Below, one piece after another: positions 1 to 9,639 of a stretch of 64,000 nucleotides of DNA; position 1 is the first letter of the stretch; the number at the start of each line of letters is the position of its first letter. Below the pieces are notes generated by a model. That model did not search any database, was not told the DNA's origin, and saw only the letters and a list, made by a program, of their open reading frames with translations. This DNA is from Chloroflexota bacterium. Lineage in GTDB: Bacteria; Chloroflexota; UBA11872; VXOZ01. A program made the translations under genes and the position numbers. The stretch spans positions 288,001 through 352,000 of the forward strand of contig OZ219802.1 in NCBI GenBank assembly GCA_964291655.2, written 5' to 3'.

Positions 1-942
1 GGGGAAGAGACGCGACACAACAAAATACTCGGCGATAGTAGCTCCGGCTACGGCCACGTGATGCTCGTGCGGCTGCAGGAGCAGGTTGATCCCTTGAGTC
101 GCGGTGTGCTGGTGGATGACTCCGATCCCGACTATCCACCACTAATGGATGCGTGCGATTCGGCCCAGGCACAAGGCGGGGTAGTAATCTGGTGCCATAA
201 TGGCTGGGGCATGGAAGCGCCCATTGCGGCCTCGCTGCAGCGGATAGACGCGCTCAATCTCTTCGACCCGTATTGGCTCGACACCGAGTACGATCTCTGG
301 TATCACTTATTGAATTGCGGCTTCAAGCTACCGGCCAGCACGGGCTCAGACTGGTTCATCTGTTCGGCAAACCGCGTGTACACACACCTGGAGCAGTCCT
401 TTTCCTACGATGGCTGGCTGGAGACGCTCAAGGACGGTCGCTCCTTTATCACGAACGGGCCGGTGCTGGAACTTACCGTTGAGGGCCAGCCGCCGGGAGC
501 AAGTCTCGACCTTCGCGCAAGACATCCAAAACAGGTCCGTGTTGAGGTGCGGTGGCAGGCACATCGAACCATCGAAAGCGTTGAGATTGTCATTAATGGC
601 AGCGTGGAAGCAGGTGAGCGCGACTCCAACGGCAGCAGAGAAGGGGTCTTGAGCGCGACACTGGCCGCGCCGCACGACGGCTGGATTGCGGCCCGTTGCT
701 CCGGCAAGAGCCGGGATAGCTACGGCCATGCCCAATGGGCCCATACGAGTCCGGTGTACCTTAGAACCGGCAGTAGAGCCCCCGCCGCCAGAGAGTCGGC
801 ACAGTTCTTTGTCGCGCAGATCGAGCGGTCTCTCAAGTGGATCACGGAAGAGGGACGATTTGACGAGGCTTCCCACCGGCAGCGCATGCAGCAGCTCTTT
901 CGCGAGGGCCGAGAGTCCTTCCTTCGCTTGGCGCGAGGGTAG
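1..942 (+). CDS. PHP-fold metallohydrolase, CehA/McbA-like (5'-truncated by window edge)
   Basis: Frame 1 is open from base 1 (GEETRH...GYGHV). Motifs WCHNG, GSDWF, SFITNGP and C-terminal WAHTSPVY are typical of CehA/McbA-like proteins. Confidence 0.75.
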   Translation, partial: GEETRHNKILGDSSSGYGHVMLVRLQEQVDPLSRGVLVDDSDPDYPPLMDACDSAQAQGGVVIWCHNGWGMEAPIAASLQRIDALNLFDPYWLDTEYDLWYHLLNCGFKLPASTGSDWFICSANRVYTHLEQSFSYDGWLETLKDGRSFITNGPVLELTVEGQPPGASLDLRARHPKQVRVEVRWQAHRTIESVEIVINGSVEAGERDSNGSREGVLSATLAAPHDGWIAARCSGKSRDSYGHAQWAHTSPVYLRTGSRAPAARESAQFFVAQIERSLKWITEEGRFDEASHRQRMQQLFREGRESFLRLARG

Positions 943-993
943 TATCCTTGTAAGTGAATTTTGCGGCGAGGTGAGTGAAGAAAGGGCAATCGA

Positions 994-2244
994 GTGACGG
1001 CAGTTGATACCAACGTTCAGTGGTTGCAGTGCGTGCGCTGCGATGAGCAACTTGCCATTGGGGCACATGTGTTCGGGTGCCCCCGCTGTTTTCAAGAGGG
1101 CCGGCAAGGTCCGCTGGACTTTAGAGTTAACTTAGCAGACGGCATTCCCGCCAACTTTCAAGCGGCATGGGATGCCGGGCCGCAGCACAATATCTGGCGC
1201 TATGGGGACATGCTCCCGGCAGCAGAGCATCCCCTGAGCCTCGACGAAGGCGGCACGCCGCTGACTCACCTAGATGAGTTGAGCGATGAGCTTGGCCTAA
1301 ACGTCTACGTCAAGAACGAGACCATGAATCCGACGTGGTCGTTCAAGGACCGCCACGCTGCGGTGAATATCTCCATGGCGCGCCAACTTGGCTATTCCAA
1401 GGTGGTGGCATCTTCCACCGGCAACGCCGGCCAAGCTGTGGCGGCGTACGCGGCGCTTGCCGGATTGCGGTCGTTGATCATCGGATACCCTACCTCATCC
1501 GAACTGTTGCGCCGGGTCATGCAAATTCACGGCGCGTCGGTAGTAACTATGCCAAAGTCGGAGATCGGTACGATGATGCGGCAGCTTGTGGAAGACCATG
1601 GCTGGCTGCCGGTCGGCTCATCCGATCCAAACCCGCTCGCCAGTCCCTACGGCGTGACAGGGTACAAGACAATCGGCTATGAGGTTGCTAGCGCGCTCGG
1701 CGCGGCCCCGGACGCCATCCTGGTGCCCACTGGCGGTGGAGATAGCCTCTACGGCATCTGGCGCGGCTTGATCGACTTGCACGAAATGGGCCTTATCGAC
1801 CGCCTGCCGCGCATAGTGGGCTGTCAGACCGAGGCGACTCATCCGCTGCTCCATGCACTTACGCACAATCGGACTGAAGTCGAAGTACAGCCCGAGCCAG
1901 ACTCCCTTGCAACGTCAATCATCGAGGGACGCTGTGGCATGCACGCTCTGGGCGCTCTCCGCGCATCGGGCGGTACGGCAACCGCGGTTTCAGAAGATGA
2001 GTTGCGCCTGGCAATCCGCCGCATGGCCAGTCGCGGGTACTTCTTCGAGAGCGCCTCGCTCGCGACTATCGCCAGTCTTGTGCGGCTCCACGGTGAAGGA
2101 TACTTCAAAGCCGGTGAAACTGTCGTCTGTGTCATTACCGGCAGTGGGGTAAAGTGGCCTGACGTAATCAACCAACTTGTGCCTGCTGCGCCTCACTTGG
2201 AGCAGCCGAGCATTTCCGCTTTGGCGGATGTAATTGCACTGTGA
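994..2244 (+). CDS. Threonine synthase-like PLP-dependent enzyme (fold type II) with N-terminal CxxC..CxxC
   Basis: NPTWSFKDR (PLP Lys), SSTGNAG, PTGGGD, ITGSGVK. The context is catabolic, so it may be a paralog rather than true ThrC. Confidence 0.8.
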   Translation: MTAVDTNVQWLQCVRCDEQLAIGAHVFGCPRCFQEGRQGPLDFRVNLADGIPANFQAAWDAGPQHNIWRYGDMLPAAEHPLSLDEGGTPLTHLDELSDELGLNVYVKNETMNPTWSFKDRHAAVNISMARQLGYSKVVASSTGNAGQAVAAYAALAGLRSLIIGYPTSSELLRRVMQIHGASVVTMPKSEIGTMMRQLVEDHGWLPVGSSDPNPLASPYGVTGYKTIGYEVASALGAAPDAILVPTGGGDSLYGIWRGLIDLHEMGLIDRLPRIVGCQTEATHPLLHALTHNRTEVEVQPEPDSLATSIIEGRCGMHALGALRASGGTATAVSEDELRLAIRRMASRGYFFESASLATIASLVRLHGEGYFKAGETVVCVITGSGVKWPDVINQLVPAAPHLEQPSISALADVIAL

Positions 2245-2263
2245 GAGAACAGAGGAAACCATT

Positions 2264-3769
2264 ATGAAGCAATCGCATCGGGTTGCCGTAGGCTCGATCT
2301 TGACCGAATGCAACCAGTTCGGCGGTAAGTTGATCGAGCGGGCCGAGTTCGCCCGCAGCCAACTCGCGCGCGGAAATGAAGTTATGTCAATCGCTGGCGG
2401 CGCTGTTGGCGGCATGTTGCAGACGCTAAAGGATCAGAACGCCGACATTGTGCCGCTCGTCGTGGCGAGCGCCTACCCCGGTGGGCCGATTGCGCACGAT
2501 TGCTATGACCGGCTCAAGACAGACCTGCTGGAAGATCTCAGCAATGCCCTGCCCGTGGACGGCGTGCTGCTGGCGCTGCACGGGGCGGCGGTCTCGACGG
2601 AAGTCGATGACGTGGAGGGCGACCTCATCACAGCCGCGCGGAAGATCGTAGGGCCGGATGTGCCAATCGTCGGGACGCTTGACCTGCACGCCAACGTGAC
2701 AACCCAGATGATGCGTCACGCCGACGGTCTCGTGGCGTGGGAGACATATCCACACGTTGACCCATACACTACCGGTGTGCGCGGGGCACGGCTCTTACTT
2801 GGAACACTCGACGGCGCATTTAAACCCGCCATGGCTATGGCCAAAGTGCCTATTTTTGCCAGCGCCATCAATGCGAGCACGGTGGGTGACGGCCCCTTTG
2901 CCAACGTGATGCGCCTGGCAAAGTCATTTGAAGAGCAACCGGGAATCCTGTCCACCAGCGCGTTGCACGCCCACGCGACAATTGATGTGCCGGAACTGGG
3001 CGGGGGCGGCCTGGTGATTACGGACGGCGATGAAGCGCGGGCAGTGGACCTGGCTCTACAGATTGCCAACCTCATGTGGGAGAAGCGCTTCGCCCTGGAG
3101 CCGGATACGCTCGCTCCTGAAGTGGCGGTTGAAGCGGGCCTCAAGATTCCAGGGGGTCCCGTCATCTTGATCGAGTGCGCTGACTGCGTCGGCGGCGGAG
3201 CTGCCGGAGACAGCGTGTTTACGGTCCCCGTGCTAACGGGATTGAGCGAGGGATTTGCGATCGTGCCGGTAGTCGACCCTGAAGCCGCAGCACTCTGTCA
3301 TGAAGCCGGTGAAGGCGGTACGGTCACGGTGGCACTGGGGCACAAGATCGATCCCCAGTGGGGCAGTCCGCAGACCATCTCCGGTGTCGTCAGATCCCTA
3401 AGTGATGGAAAGTTTCAGTATACTGGCGGCATCTGGGCAGGCGAGTGGGCGACCATGGGGCCAACGGTGGTACTGGAGTGTGGCAGTGCTCAGATCTTGA
3501 TTACGACGTACGGCACGTATGAGTGGCGGGACGAGCAATTCCGCGCACTGGACATGGATATCGAAGGCGCAAAATTCATCGTCGCCAAGAATCCGATGAA
3601 CTATAGCCAAACCTATGGTGAATTTGCGCAAGGCGAATTCGTCCTGGATACGCCCGGCGCCACGCCGCCGACACTGCGGCACTTTACCTATCACAAGGCG
3701 CCGCGTCCTTATTTTCCAATCGCTACCGATATTCCAAATTTCGCCCCCACCGTCTTGCGCGGCACCTAG
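2264..3769 (+). CDS. MlrC/M81 family metallopeptidase
   Basis: ECNQF, LALHGA, DLHAN and YPHVD motifs. RBS GAGGA upstream of ATG 2264. Confidence 0.85.
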   Translation: MKQSHRVAVGSILTECNQFGGKLIERAEFARSQLARGNEVMSIAGGAVGGMLQTLKDQNADIVPLVVASAYPGGPIAHDCYDRLKTDLLEDLSNALPVDGVLLALHGAAVSTEVDDVEGDLITAARKIVGPDVPIVGTLDLHANVTTQMMRHADGLVAWETYPHVDPYTTGVRGARLLLGTLDGAFKPAMAMAKVPIFASAINASTVGDGPFANVMRLAKSFEEQPGILSTSALHAHATIDVPELGGGGLVITDGDEARAVDLALQIANLMWEKRFALEPDTLAPEVAVEAGLKIPGGPVILIECADCVGGGAAGDSVFTVPVLTGLSEGFAIVPVVDPEAAALCHEAGEGGTVTVALGHKIDPQWGSPQTISGVVRSLSDGKFQYTGGIWAGEWATMGPTVVLECGSAQILITTYGTYEWRDEQFRALDMDIEGAKFIVAKNPMNYSQTYGEFAQGEFVLDTPGATPPTLRHFTYHKAPRPYFPIATDIPNFAPTVLRGT

Positions 3770-3789
3770 CAAAAGGAGCACATGCACAA

Positions 3790-5196
3790 ATGTCCGGCGT
3801 CGACGTCAACGACATCCACTCACAACTCAATCCCACCACCGTTGATCGGGTCGTACCAGTTGACTCGTTGCAAGCAATCCAGTCTGCCATCGCCACTGCG
3901 CAGAGTGAAGGGAAGTCGCTCTCCATTGCCGGTGGGCGGCATGCGATGGGAGCGCAACAGTTCGGCAGCGACACAATTCTCATTGATACGGTGCCGCTGA
4001 ATCGGGTGCTGGACTTCGACGCCGATGCAGGATTAATCACAGTAGAAGCGGGCATCTACTGGCCGGAGCTCATCGCAGCCATTCGCCAAGCAGCGCCGGC
4101 GCATCCGACGCAATGGGCTATCGCTCAGAAGCAGACCGGGGGAGACCGGATGAGCATGGGCGGTGCGCTGGCAGCTAACGTGCACGGCCGTGGTCTCCGC
4201 ATGCGACCGATAATCGCTGACGTTGAATCGTTCGTTCTGGTTGATGCCACCGGGAATGCCTTGAATTGCAGCCGCTCAGAAAACAGTGAACTCTTTCGAC
4301 TGGTAGTTGGAGGATACGGGCTTTTCGGCGTGGTCTATAGCGTAACGCTGCGGCTTGTGCCGCGACAGAAGCTCCGGCGCGCCGTCACTGTAATCGATAT
4401 TGATGAACTCATGCCGGCATTTGCGCAACGGATCGAGGAAGGTTTCCTCTACGGCGACTTCCAATACTCAATTGACGAATCGTCTGAAGGCTATCTGACG
4501 AAGGGTGTGTTTTCCTGCTACCGTCCGGTCGCGCCGGATACGCCAATTCCGGCGGAGCAGCGGGAGCTTTCCGTTGACGATTGGCGGCGCTTGATTCTCT
4601 TTGCCCACGTGAATAAGCCGCAGGCATTTGAGCAGTACGTTGCGCACTACCTCGCGACCAACGGCCAGATATATTGGTCGGACCTGCATCAGCTCGGCTA
4701 CTACGAGGAAAACTACCACCGCATGCTCGACCAATACGTCGGCGCTGCGGCGCCGGCAACGGAAGTAATTACCGAAGTCTATGTGCCGCGCCAATCCCTG
4801 GCGGCTTTTATGCGTGACGTTCGCGAGGATTTCCGGCAACACAAGACTGAAGTCGTCTATGGCACCATCCGTCTTGTGGAACGTGATGAGGAGAGCTTTC
4901 TGGCCTGGGCGCGAGAGAGCTTTGCCTGCGTCATCTTCAATCTTCATTTGTCCCATACACCGGAAAGTCAGGCAAGCGCCGCGGCAGCGTTCCGCCGCCT
5001 GATTGACCGGGCAATCCAGTACGACGGCAGCTACTACCTGACATACCACAAGCACGCCACCCGCGCGCAGGTGGAGGAGTGCTATCCACAGTTACCGGAG
5101 TTTCTCCAACTGAAGCGGCGCTACGATCCGGGCGAGCGATTCCAAAGCGACTGGTATCGCCACTACGCCGCGATGTTTGCTGACTCGATGGGCTAA
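3790..5196 (+). CDS. FAD-linked oxidase (PCMH/VAO-type, ALO/DprE1-like)
   Basis: GGRHAMG, GGALAANVHG, GGYGLFG, C-terminal KRRYDP..FQS. AAGGAG RBS upstream. Confidence 0.8.
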   Translation: MSGVDVNDIHSQLNPTTVDRVVPVDSLQAIQSAIATAQSEGKSLSIAGGRHAMGAQQFGSDTILIDTVPLNRVLDFDADAGLITVEAGIYWPELIAAIRQAAPAHPTQWAIAQKQTGGDRMSMGGALAANVHGRGLRMRPIIADVESFVLVDATGNALNCSRSENSELFRLVVGGYGLFGVVYSVTLRLVPRQKLRRAVTVIDIDELMPAFAQRIEEGFLYGDFQYSIDESSEGYLTKGVFSCYRPVAPDTPIPAEQRELSVDDWRRLILFAHVNKPQAFEQYVAHYLATNGQIYWSDLHQLGYYEENYHRMLDQYVGAAAPATEVITEVYVPRQSLAAFMRDVREDFRQHKTEVVYGTIRLVERDEESFLAWARESFACVIFNLHLSHTPESQASAAAAFRRLIDRAIQYDGSYYLTYHKHATRAQVEECYPQLPEFLQLKRRYDPGERFQSDWYRHYAAMFADSMG

Positions 5197-5492
5197 GTAC
5201 TGTCACCATTCACCAGTGGTTTAGGGTCGGAGGCGGCAGCCGTGTCCGTCGACAGTTGTATGCTAAGACGCTCCAAGCGTAATGTTGTCCGAAGACATGC
5301 ACTACGTGACGCGTTGTCACGTAGTCAACGTTAAGTTAGGGTGTGGCAATTCTTACGTCTGCACGAGCGCTGCGTCTAACACTGTGAATGTTTACGGTGC
5401 TGATGTCCCATTTGGCGTAGGGTCCAAGATACGTCCGGCTATGCGAACTAACGCCCAGCGAGGAGTAGTGCTCCATCAAGATCAATGAACCG

Positions 5493-6152
5493 ATGACAGT
5501 CTTGACCGACTTGTTGCTTGCCATTTGCAATGCCAAGTGGGGTATCGCTCTGCTGCGGCAAGGAATCTCGCAGCGCCAGTTCTCCCAGATCACATGGGGC
5601 ATAGGATTCCTGGCCGCAGCAGTTGCGGCAGTGCTTGGCGGCACGTCGCATGCCGTGGGGGACCAGTCGCCTGCGTTGCGGCGCAAGCTGTGGAAAGGGA
5701 CGACCCTGGCCACCGGGTTCACGAGCGCAGGCATGTTTGCGAGCACGGTGGTAGCCTCCGCGTCGCAGCCCCTCAAGGGGAGACTGCTCTTGGGCACGCT
5801 ACTGAAGCTGTTGGCATACTGCGGTTGGATGGCATCCCGCGGCAAGTTTCTCTACGTAATCATCGACTACGGATCCGCCATGGCGGGTGTCGCGGCGTTT
5901 CATGTGCCTTACGTTTTCCGTAGAGGCGCCGGAGACTCACGGTATTTGCTGAGCGGTGTCTTCATTTCGCTGCTCGCCGCATTCGTTCAGATACGCAAGA
6001 TCAAGCTTCACCGCCACTTCAATCACAATGACTTGTATCACGTCATCCAGATCGGCGCGTGCTATCTCTTCTACAGGGGCGGGCGGCTTCTGCAGGATCG
6101 CCGAGATGGGGAGGTGGACGAGGGGGGCACCAAGACAATCGGCGTGCAGTAG
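5493..6152 (+). CDS. Multi-pass membrane protein (DUF6962-like)
   Basis: Several hydrophobic segments; GGxxH in TM2 and C-terminal FNHNDLYHVIQ. Confidence 0.6.
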   Translation: MTVLTDLLLAICNAKWGIALLRQGISQRQFSQITWGIGFLAAAVAAVLGGTSHAVGDQSPALRRKLWKGTTLATGFTSAGMFASTVVASASQPLKGRLLLGTLLKLLAYCGWMASRGKFLYVIIDYGSAMAGVAAFHVPYVFRRGAGDSRYLLSGVFISLLAAFVQIRKIKLHRHFNHNDLYHVIQIGACYLFYRGGRLLQDRRDGEVDEGGTKTIGVQ

Positions 6153-6263
6153 AAGACATGCGCCAGTGTGCCGGTCGGTACCGGCGAGGCGCGGTCACGG
6201 CAGGCAGAATTTCGCTCTTCCTATACCAGTCCCTGCACACTTTGCCGCGAGTGAGGAGAGGTA

Positions 6264-7541
6264 ATGTCGCGTAGCAACCGAGAACGTGTTTCCCTTCCGT
6301 ACCTAGCCCGGATCAGTGTCTTCTGGCTGGGACTCTCAACTGTTTGGGCGGGTCTGAATGTTGTCTACCTACCTGACCGCGTTGAAGCACTGGTGGGCAC
6401 GGCGCACAAGGGCACCTACCTGGGCGTCCTAGTTTCCGTCGGCCTCATGGTTGCCATTGTCGTCCAGCCAGTTATGGGCGCGGTGAGCGACCGCACGACT
6501 TCGCGATGGGGCCGCCGCAAGCCGTACATGCTCTTGGGCTCGCTCTTGAGCGCTCTCTTTCTCTTGCTGATGGCTGCGGTCAGCACCTATGCACTGCTTT
6601 TCGCGGTGGTGATCCTGCTGCAGGTCTCAGCCAATAGTGCACATGGGCCGTATCAAGGCATCATCCCCGATCTGATTCCGCGGAACCAGCGGGGCCGCGC
6701 ATCGGGCTTCTTTGGCTTAGCCAACAATCTTGGCGTCCTGCTGGGTGCGCTCGTGGCCGGGCAATTCCTTGACCGGGGCCAACCGGGCAACTATCTGTTG
6801 GTTGCTGCAGGAGTGCTCGCATTCGTAGCAATTGTCTCGGCGCTGACCATTCAAGAAGACCCGTTGGAAGCAAAACCGGAGTTTGCGGGTATAGCACATG
6901 AATTTCGCACGCGCCTTGCGGAGTTGCGTTCGAGGCCGGGGTTCACTTGGATCCTGCTCTCCCGTTTGTTCTTTTTCATGGGACTGCTGGCTGCAGACCA
7001 GATTCTGCTCTTCTTTGTGCGCGAACGCCTTGGCATGAGCGAGAATGCCGGCCTCTCTGTGACCATGGCGCTTGGGGTGCTCATCGTAGTGGCGGGACTG
7101 GTCACAGTACCGGCAGGCTGGATTTCAGATCGCATAGACCGGCGCAGCCTGGTTTTCGCCGCCTGCAGTGTAGGGTTGGTTGCATCCTTGATTCTGCTCT
7201 TTACGACAAATTTCGCAACCCTTCTCGTTGGATTTGCCGTGCTCGGTGGGGCTGTTGGAATGTTCACTGCCGCGGACTGGGCATTGGCGATTGACCTCAT
7301 CCCCGATCCCAGAGCGCCCGGCCTGTACATGGGCCTCACCAACTTGGCGACTGCCGGCGGGGACGCACTCGGGAGCCTCAGCGCGGGGGTCGTGCTGGAC
7401 ACCTTCAACGGCATACAACCGCTGCTGGGCTACACCGCCGTCTTCATCATGATGGCGGGATTCTTCGCACTGAGCGCGGGAATTATGCTGAAGGTACCGA
7501 ATGTCTCCGTAGAGGAGCGAGATGCAGAGACGGACGCGTGA
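6264..7541 (+). CDS. MFS transporter (SLC45/sucrose-like)
   Basis: About 12 TM segments; GAVSDRT..WGRRKPY and GWISDRIDRR loop motifs. Confidence 0.85.
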   Translation: MSRSNRERVSLPYLARISVFWLGLSTVWAGLNVVYLPDRVEALVGTAHKGTYLGVLVSVGLMVAIVVQPVMGAVSDRTTSRWGRRKPYMLLGSLLSALFLLLMAAVSTYALLFAVVILLQVSANSAHGPYQGIIPDLIPRNQRGRASGFFGLANNLGVLLGALVAGQFLDRGQPGNYLLVAAGVLAFVAIVSALTIQEDPLEAKPEFAGIAHEFRTRLAELRSRPGFTWILLSRLFFFMGLLAADQILLFFVRERLGMSENAGLSVTMALGVLIVVAGLVTVPAGWISDRIDRRSLVFAACSVGLVASLILLFTTNFATLLVGFAVLGGAVGMFTAADWALAIDLIPDPRAPGLYMGLTNLATAGGDALGSLSAGVVLDTFNGIQPLLGYTAVFIMMAGFFALSAGIMLKVPNVSVEERDAETDA

Positions 7542-7716
7542 GACTAGCGGGGATAGCCCTGCTCAGATAGAATACCGCGATCGCAAACTGGATTTGACCA
7601 GTCGTTTTCGTGGCACACAATTGCGATCAAGGCTGGGAGAGTCCAGGAAGCCAAGGCAATGGGCAGCGCAAACAGCTCGAACTCTAATAGTGCCGGCTTA
7701 GAGACGTGACCCTAAA

Positions 7717-9072
7717 CTATGCCAGCACTCCGCCCTTTTGCGCCACGAGCATCTCTTGGAGAGTGCGACGGTCGACGTGCTCGTTCGGCTCTGTGCCGTC
7801 CATGGGACACACGCCTGCCGGGCACACTTTTTCTATAATGTGAGCATCGTACTCTTGGCGGAAGTTACGCACGGTGCTCACCACCGGCCAAGGGGCAAAC
7901 TGGCCGAGTCCGCAGAACGATGCGCCCATCATATCGGTGGAAGCATGTTCAATGAGATCAATGGTATCGGGCGCAGCCACGCCGTGGCGGACACGCTCGA
8001 CCAACATGCGGAGGACCCGGGTACCGTCGCGGCAAGGGAAGCAGAAGCCGCAGGACTCTTCCTCAAAAAACGTTGCATCTCGAATTGCCGCGTCGACAAC
8101 GCAGGAGTGGTCGTCCATAACGATGACGCCCGCCGTACCGAGGATAGTTCCGGCCGCCTGCACCGGTTTGAAGTCAAGGACAAGATCGATCATGTCGGCA
8201 GGTAGAATTGCGCTGGATGCACCGCCGGGCTTCCAGGCCTTGAGCTCGCGCCCCTGCCAAACACCGCCGGCGTGCTCATAGATCAGTTCCCGCGCGGTGG
8301 TTCCCATCGGCAGTTCGTAAACCCCCGGGCGCTCAACGTGGCCGGAAACGCAGTAGATATTTAAACCGGACCCCTCGTTAACTCCCAGGTTACTCCACCT
8401 CTCACCGCCATTGAGGACAATATCGGAGAGATTGGAGAGAGTCTCCACATTATTAATGAGCGTGGGTTTGCCGAATAGACCTTCATTGGCAGGGAAGGGC
8501 GGTCGTGCGCGTGGGTAGCCTCTCTTCCCTTCAAGGGAGTTCATAATGGCGGTTTCTTCGCCGACGATGTACGCTCCCGCGCCACGCCGTAAGTACAATT
8601 CCACGGAGAAGTCGGTGCCGAGTATGTTCTTGCCGATGAGGCCGCGCTCGTAGGCCTGTTCTATGGCGTGCTTGACTCGTTCATATGCTAAGAAGTATTC
8701 ACCCCGGATATAAATGAAGATGATGGAACATCCGGTAGCGTAGGCTGCCAGCAAACAGCCCTCCACCAAGAGATGGGGGTCTTCCTCGCCAATGACACGG
8801 TTGGAAAAAGTACCGGGTTCACTTTCATCGAAATTGCACAGGACGTACTTGGGCTCACCCCGAGCTCCCACCAGGAAATTCCACTTCATTGCCGTGGGAA
8901 ATCCGGCCCCGCCACGACCACCCATGTTTGCGGCGCGCACCTCATCGTGCACGGCTGAAGGGGTCATCTCAGTCAGTGCTTTGCGCAGAGCGGCATAGCC
9001 ATCGTGCGCCATGTAAGACTCGATGTCCTGAGAATTCTCATTGTGTATTCGCCGCAGGCAGACCTGCTCCAT
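7717..9072 (-). CDS. nuoF: NuoF/HoxF-like FMN/NAD(H)-binding diaphorase subunit
   Basis: GRGGAGFP, CNFDESEPGT, GAGAYIVGEETA, NNVET, SCGFCFPCRDG...FCGLG [4Fe-4S] ligands. Confidence 0.85.
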   Translation of the reverse strand: MEQVCLRRIHNENSQDIESYMAHDGYAALRKALTEMTPSAVHDEVRAANMGGRGGAGFPTAMKWNFLVGARGEPKYVLCNFDESEPGTFSNRVIGEEDPHLLVEGCLLAAYATGCSIIFIYIRGEYFLAYERVKHAIEQAYERGLIGKNILGTDFSVELYLRRGAGAYIVGEETAIMNSLEGKRGYPRARPPFPANEGLFGKPTLINNVETLSNLSDIVLNGGERWSNLGVNEGSGLNIYCVSGHVERPGVYELPMGTTARELIYEHAGGVWQGRELKAWKPGGASSAILPADMIDLVLDFKPVQAAGTILGTAGVIVMDDHSCVVDAAIRDATFFEEESCGFCFPCRDGTRVLRMLVERVRHGVAAPDTIDLIEHASTDMMGASFCGLGQFAPWPVVSTVRNFRQEYDAHIIEKVCPAGVCPMDGTEPNEHVDRRTLQEMLVAQKGGVLA

Positions 9073-9111
9073 GCTGTTCGCTCCTCGCGGCCGTCGGGCT
9101 ACATCTGCGCA

Positions 9112-9606
9112 CTAACCACTTTCACTGCTGGCTGCAACTTTAGCCTGAACCTTTTCGAGAGCTTCTGATCCAGTCACCTGCCCCACTGCAACCTCGTTGA
9201 TCAATAGCGCCGGCGCCTGCTCACAAAGTCCCAGGCACATAACCTCTTCCACTTCAAATGCGTCTGGCTGCGCTGCGGCTGCCTCTTCCAACGTATGCAG
9301 CACCTCCTGCGCGCCGCGCAGGTGACACGAGAGATTCACGCACACGCGCGCGATAACGGGCGGCTTCGGCTCAAAGAAGAACATTGTGTAGAATGTCGCG
9401 ACGCCAAATAGCTGCGCCTTTGTCTGCCCCAGGGCCTCCGCCACCATGCCCACGGCTGTGGGTTCCAGATAACCGAATTGCCGTTGCACAGCGTGAAGCA
9501 TATCGAGCGTCGAGCCCGGCTCTTGCTTGCACTCCTCAATCTCGCGCGCTAATGCGGCGTATTTAGCGGCATCAACGCTTTCGACTTCTCTCGGTGGCGT
9601 GGCCAA
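9112..9606 (-). CDS. nuoE: NuoE/HoxE-like [2Fe-2S] subunit
   Basis: GVATFYTMF, CVNLSC...CLGLC ligands. GGAGG RBS upstream of TTG. Confidence 0.85.
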   Translation of the reverse strand: MATPPREVESVDAAKYAALAREIEECKQEPGSTLDMLHAVQRQFGYLEPTAVGMVAEALGQTKAQLFGVATFYTMFFFEPKPPVIARVCVNLSCHLRGAQEVLHTLEEAAAAQPDAFEVEEVMCLGLCEQAPALLINEVAVGQVTGSEALEKVQAKVAASSESG

Positions 9607-9639
9607 TGGCTGTCCTCCGCTTTGTTCACGTGGTGGCGG

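Noticed and set aside
346-1107. Long antisense/shadow ORFs (e.g. 346-1107, 12626-13366, 18164-18790, 40866-41534, 50384-51001)
   Set aside because: They overlap well-supported genes, show no motifs, and are expected in GC-rich DNA.
7611-7625. TGGCACACAATTGC resembling a sigma54 promoter
   Set aside because: Only 9 nt separate GG and GC (10 required), and it lies between convergent genes.
7717-9606. nuoEF as part of a canonical complex I or an electron-bifurcating hydrogenase operon
   Set aside because: No nuoA-D/G-N or hydA is adjacent, and NuoF lacks the extra Fe-S domains and AFM/GGPSG motifs of bifurcating subunits.
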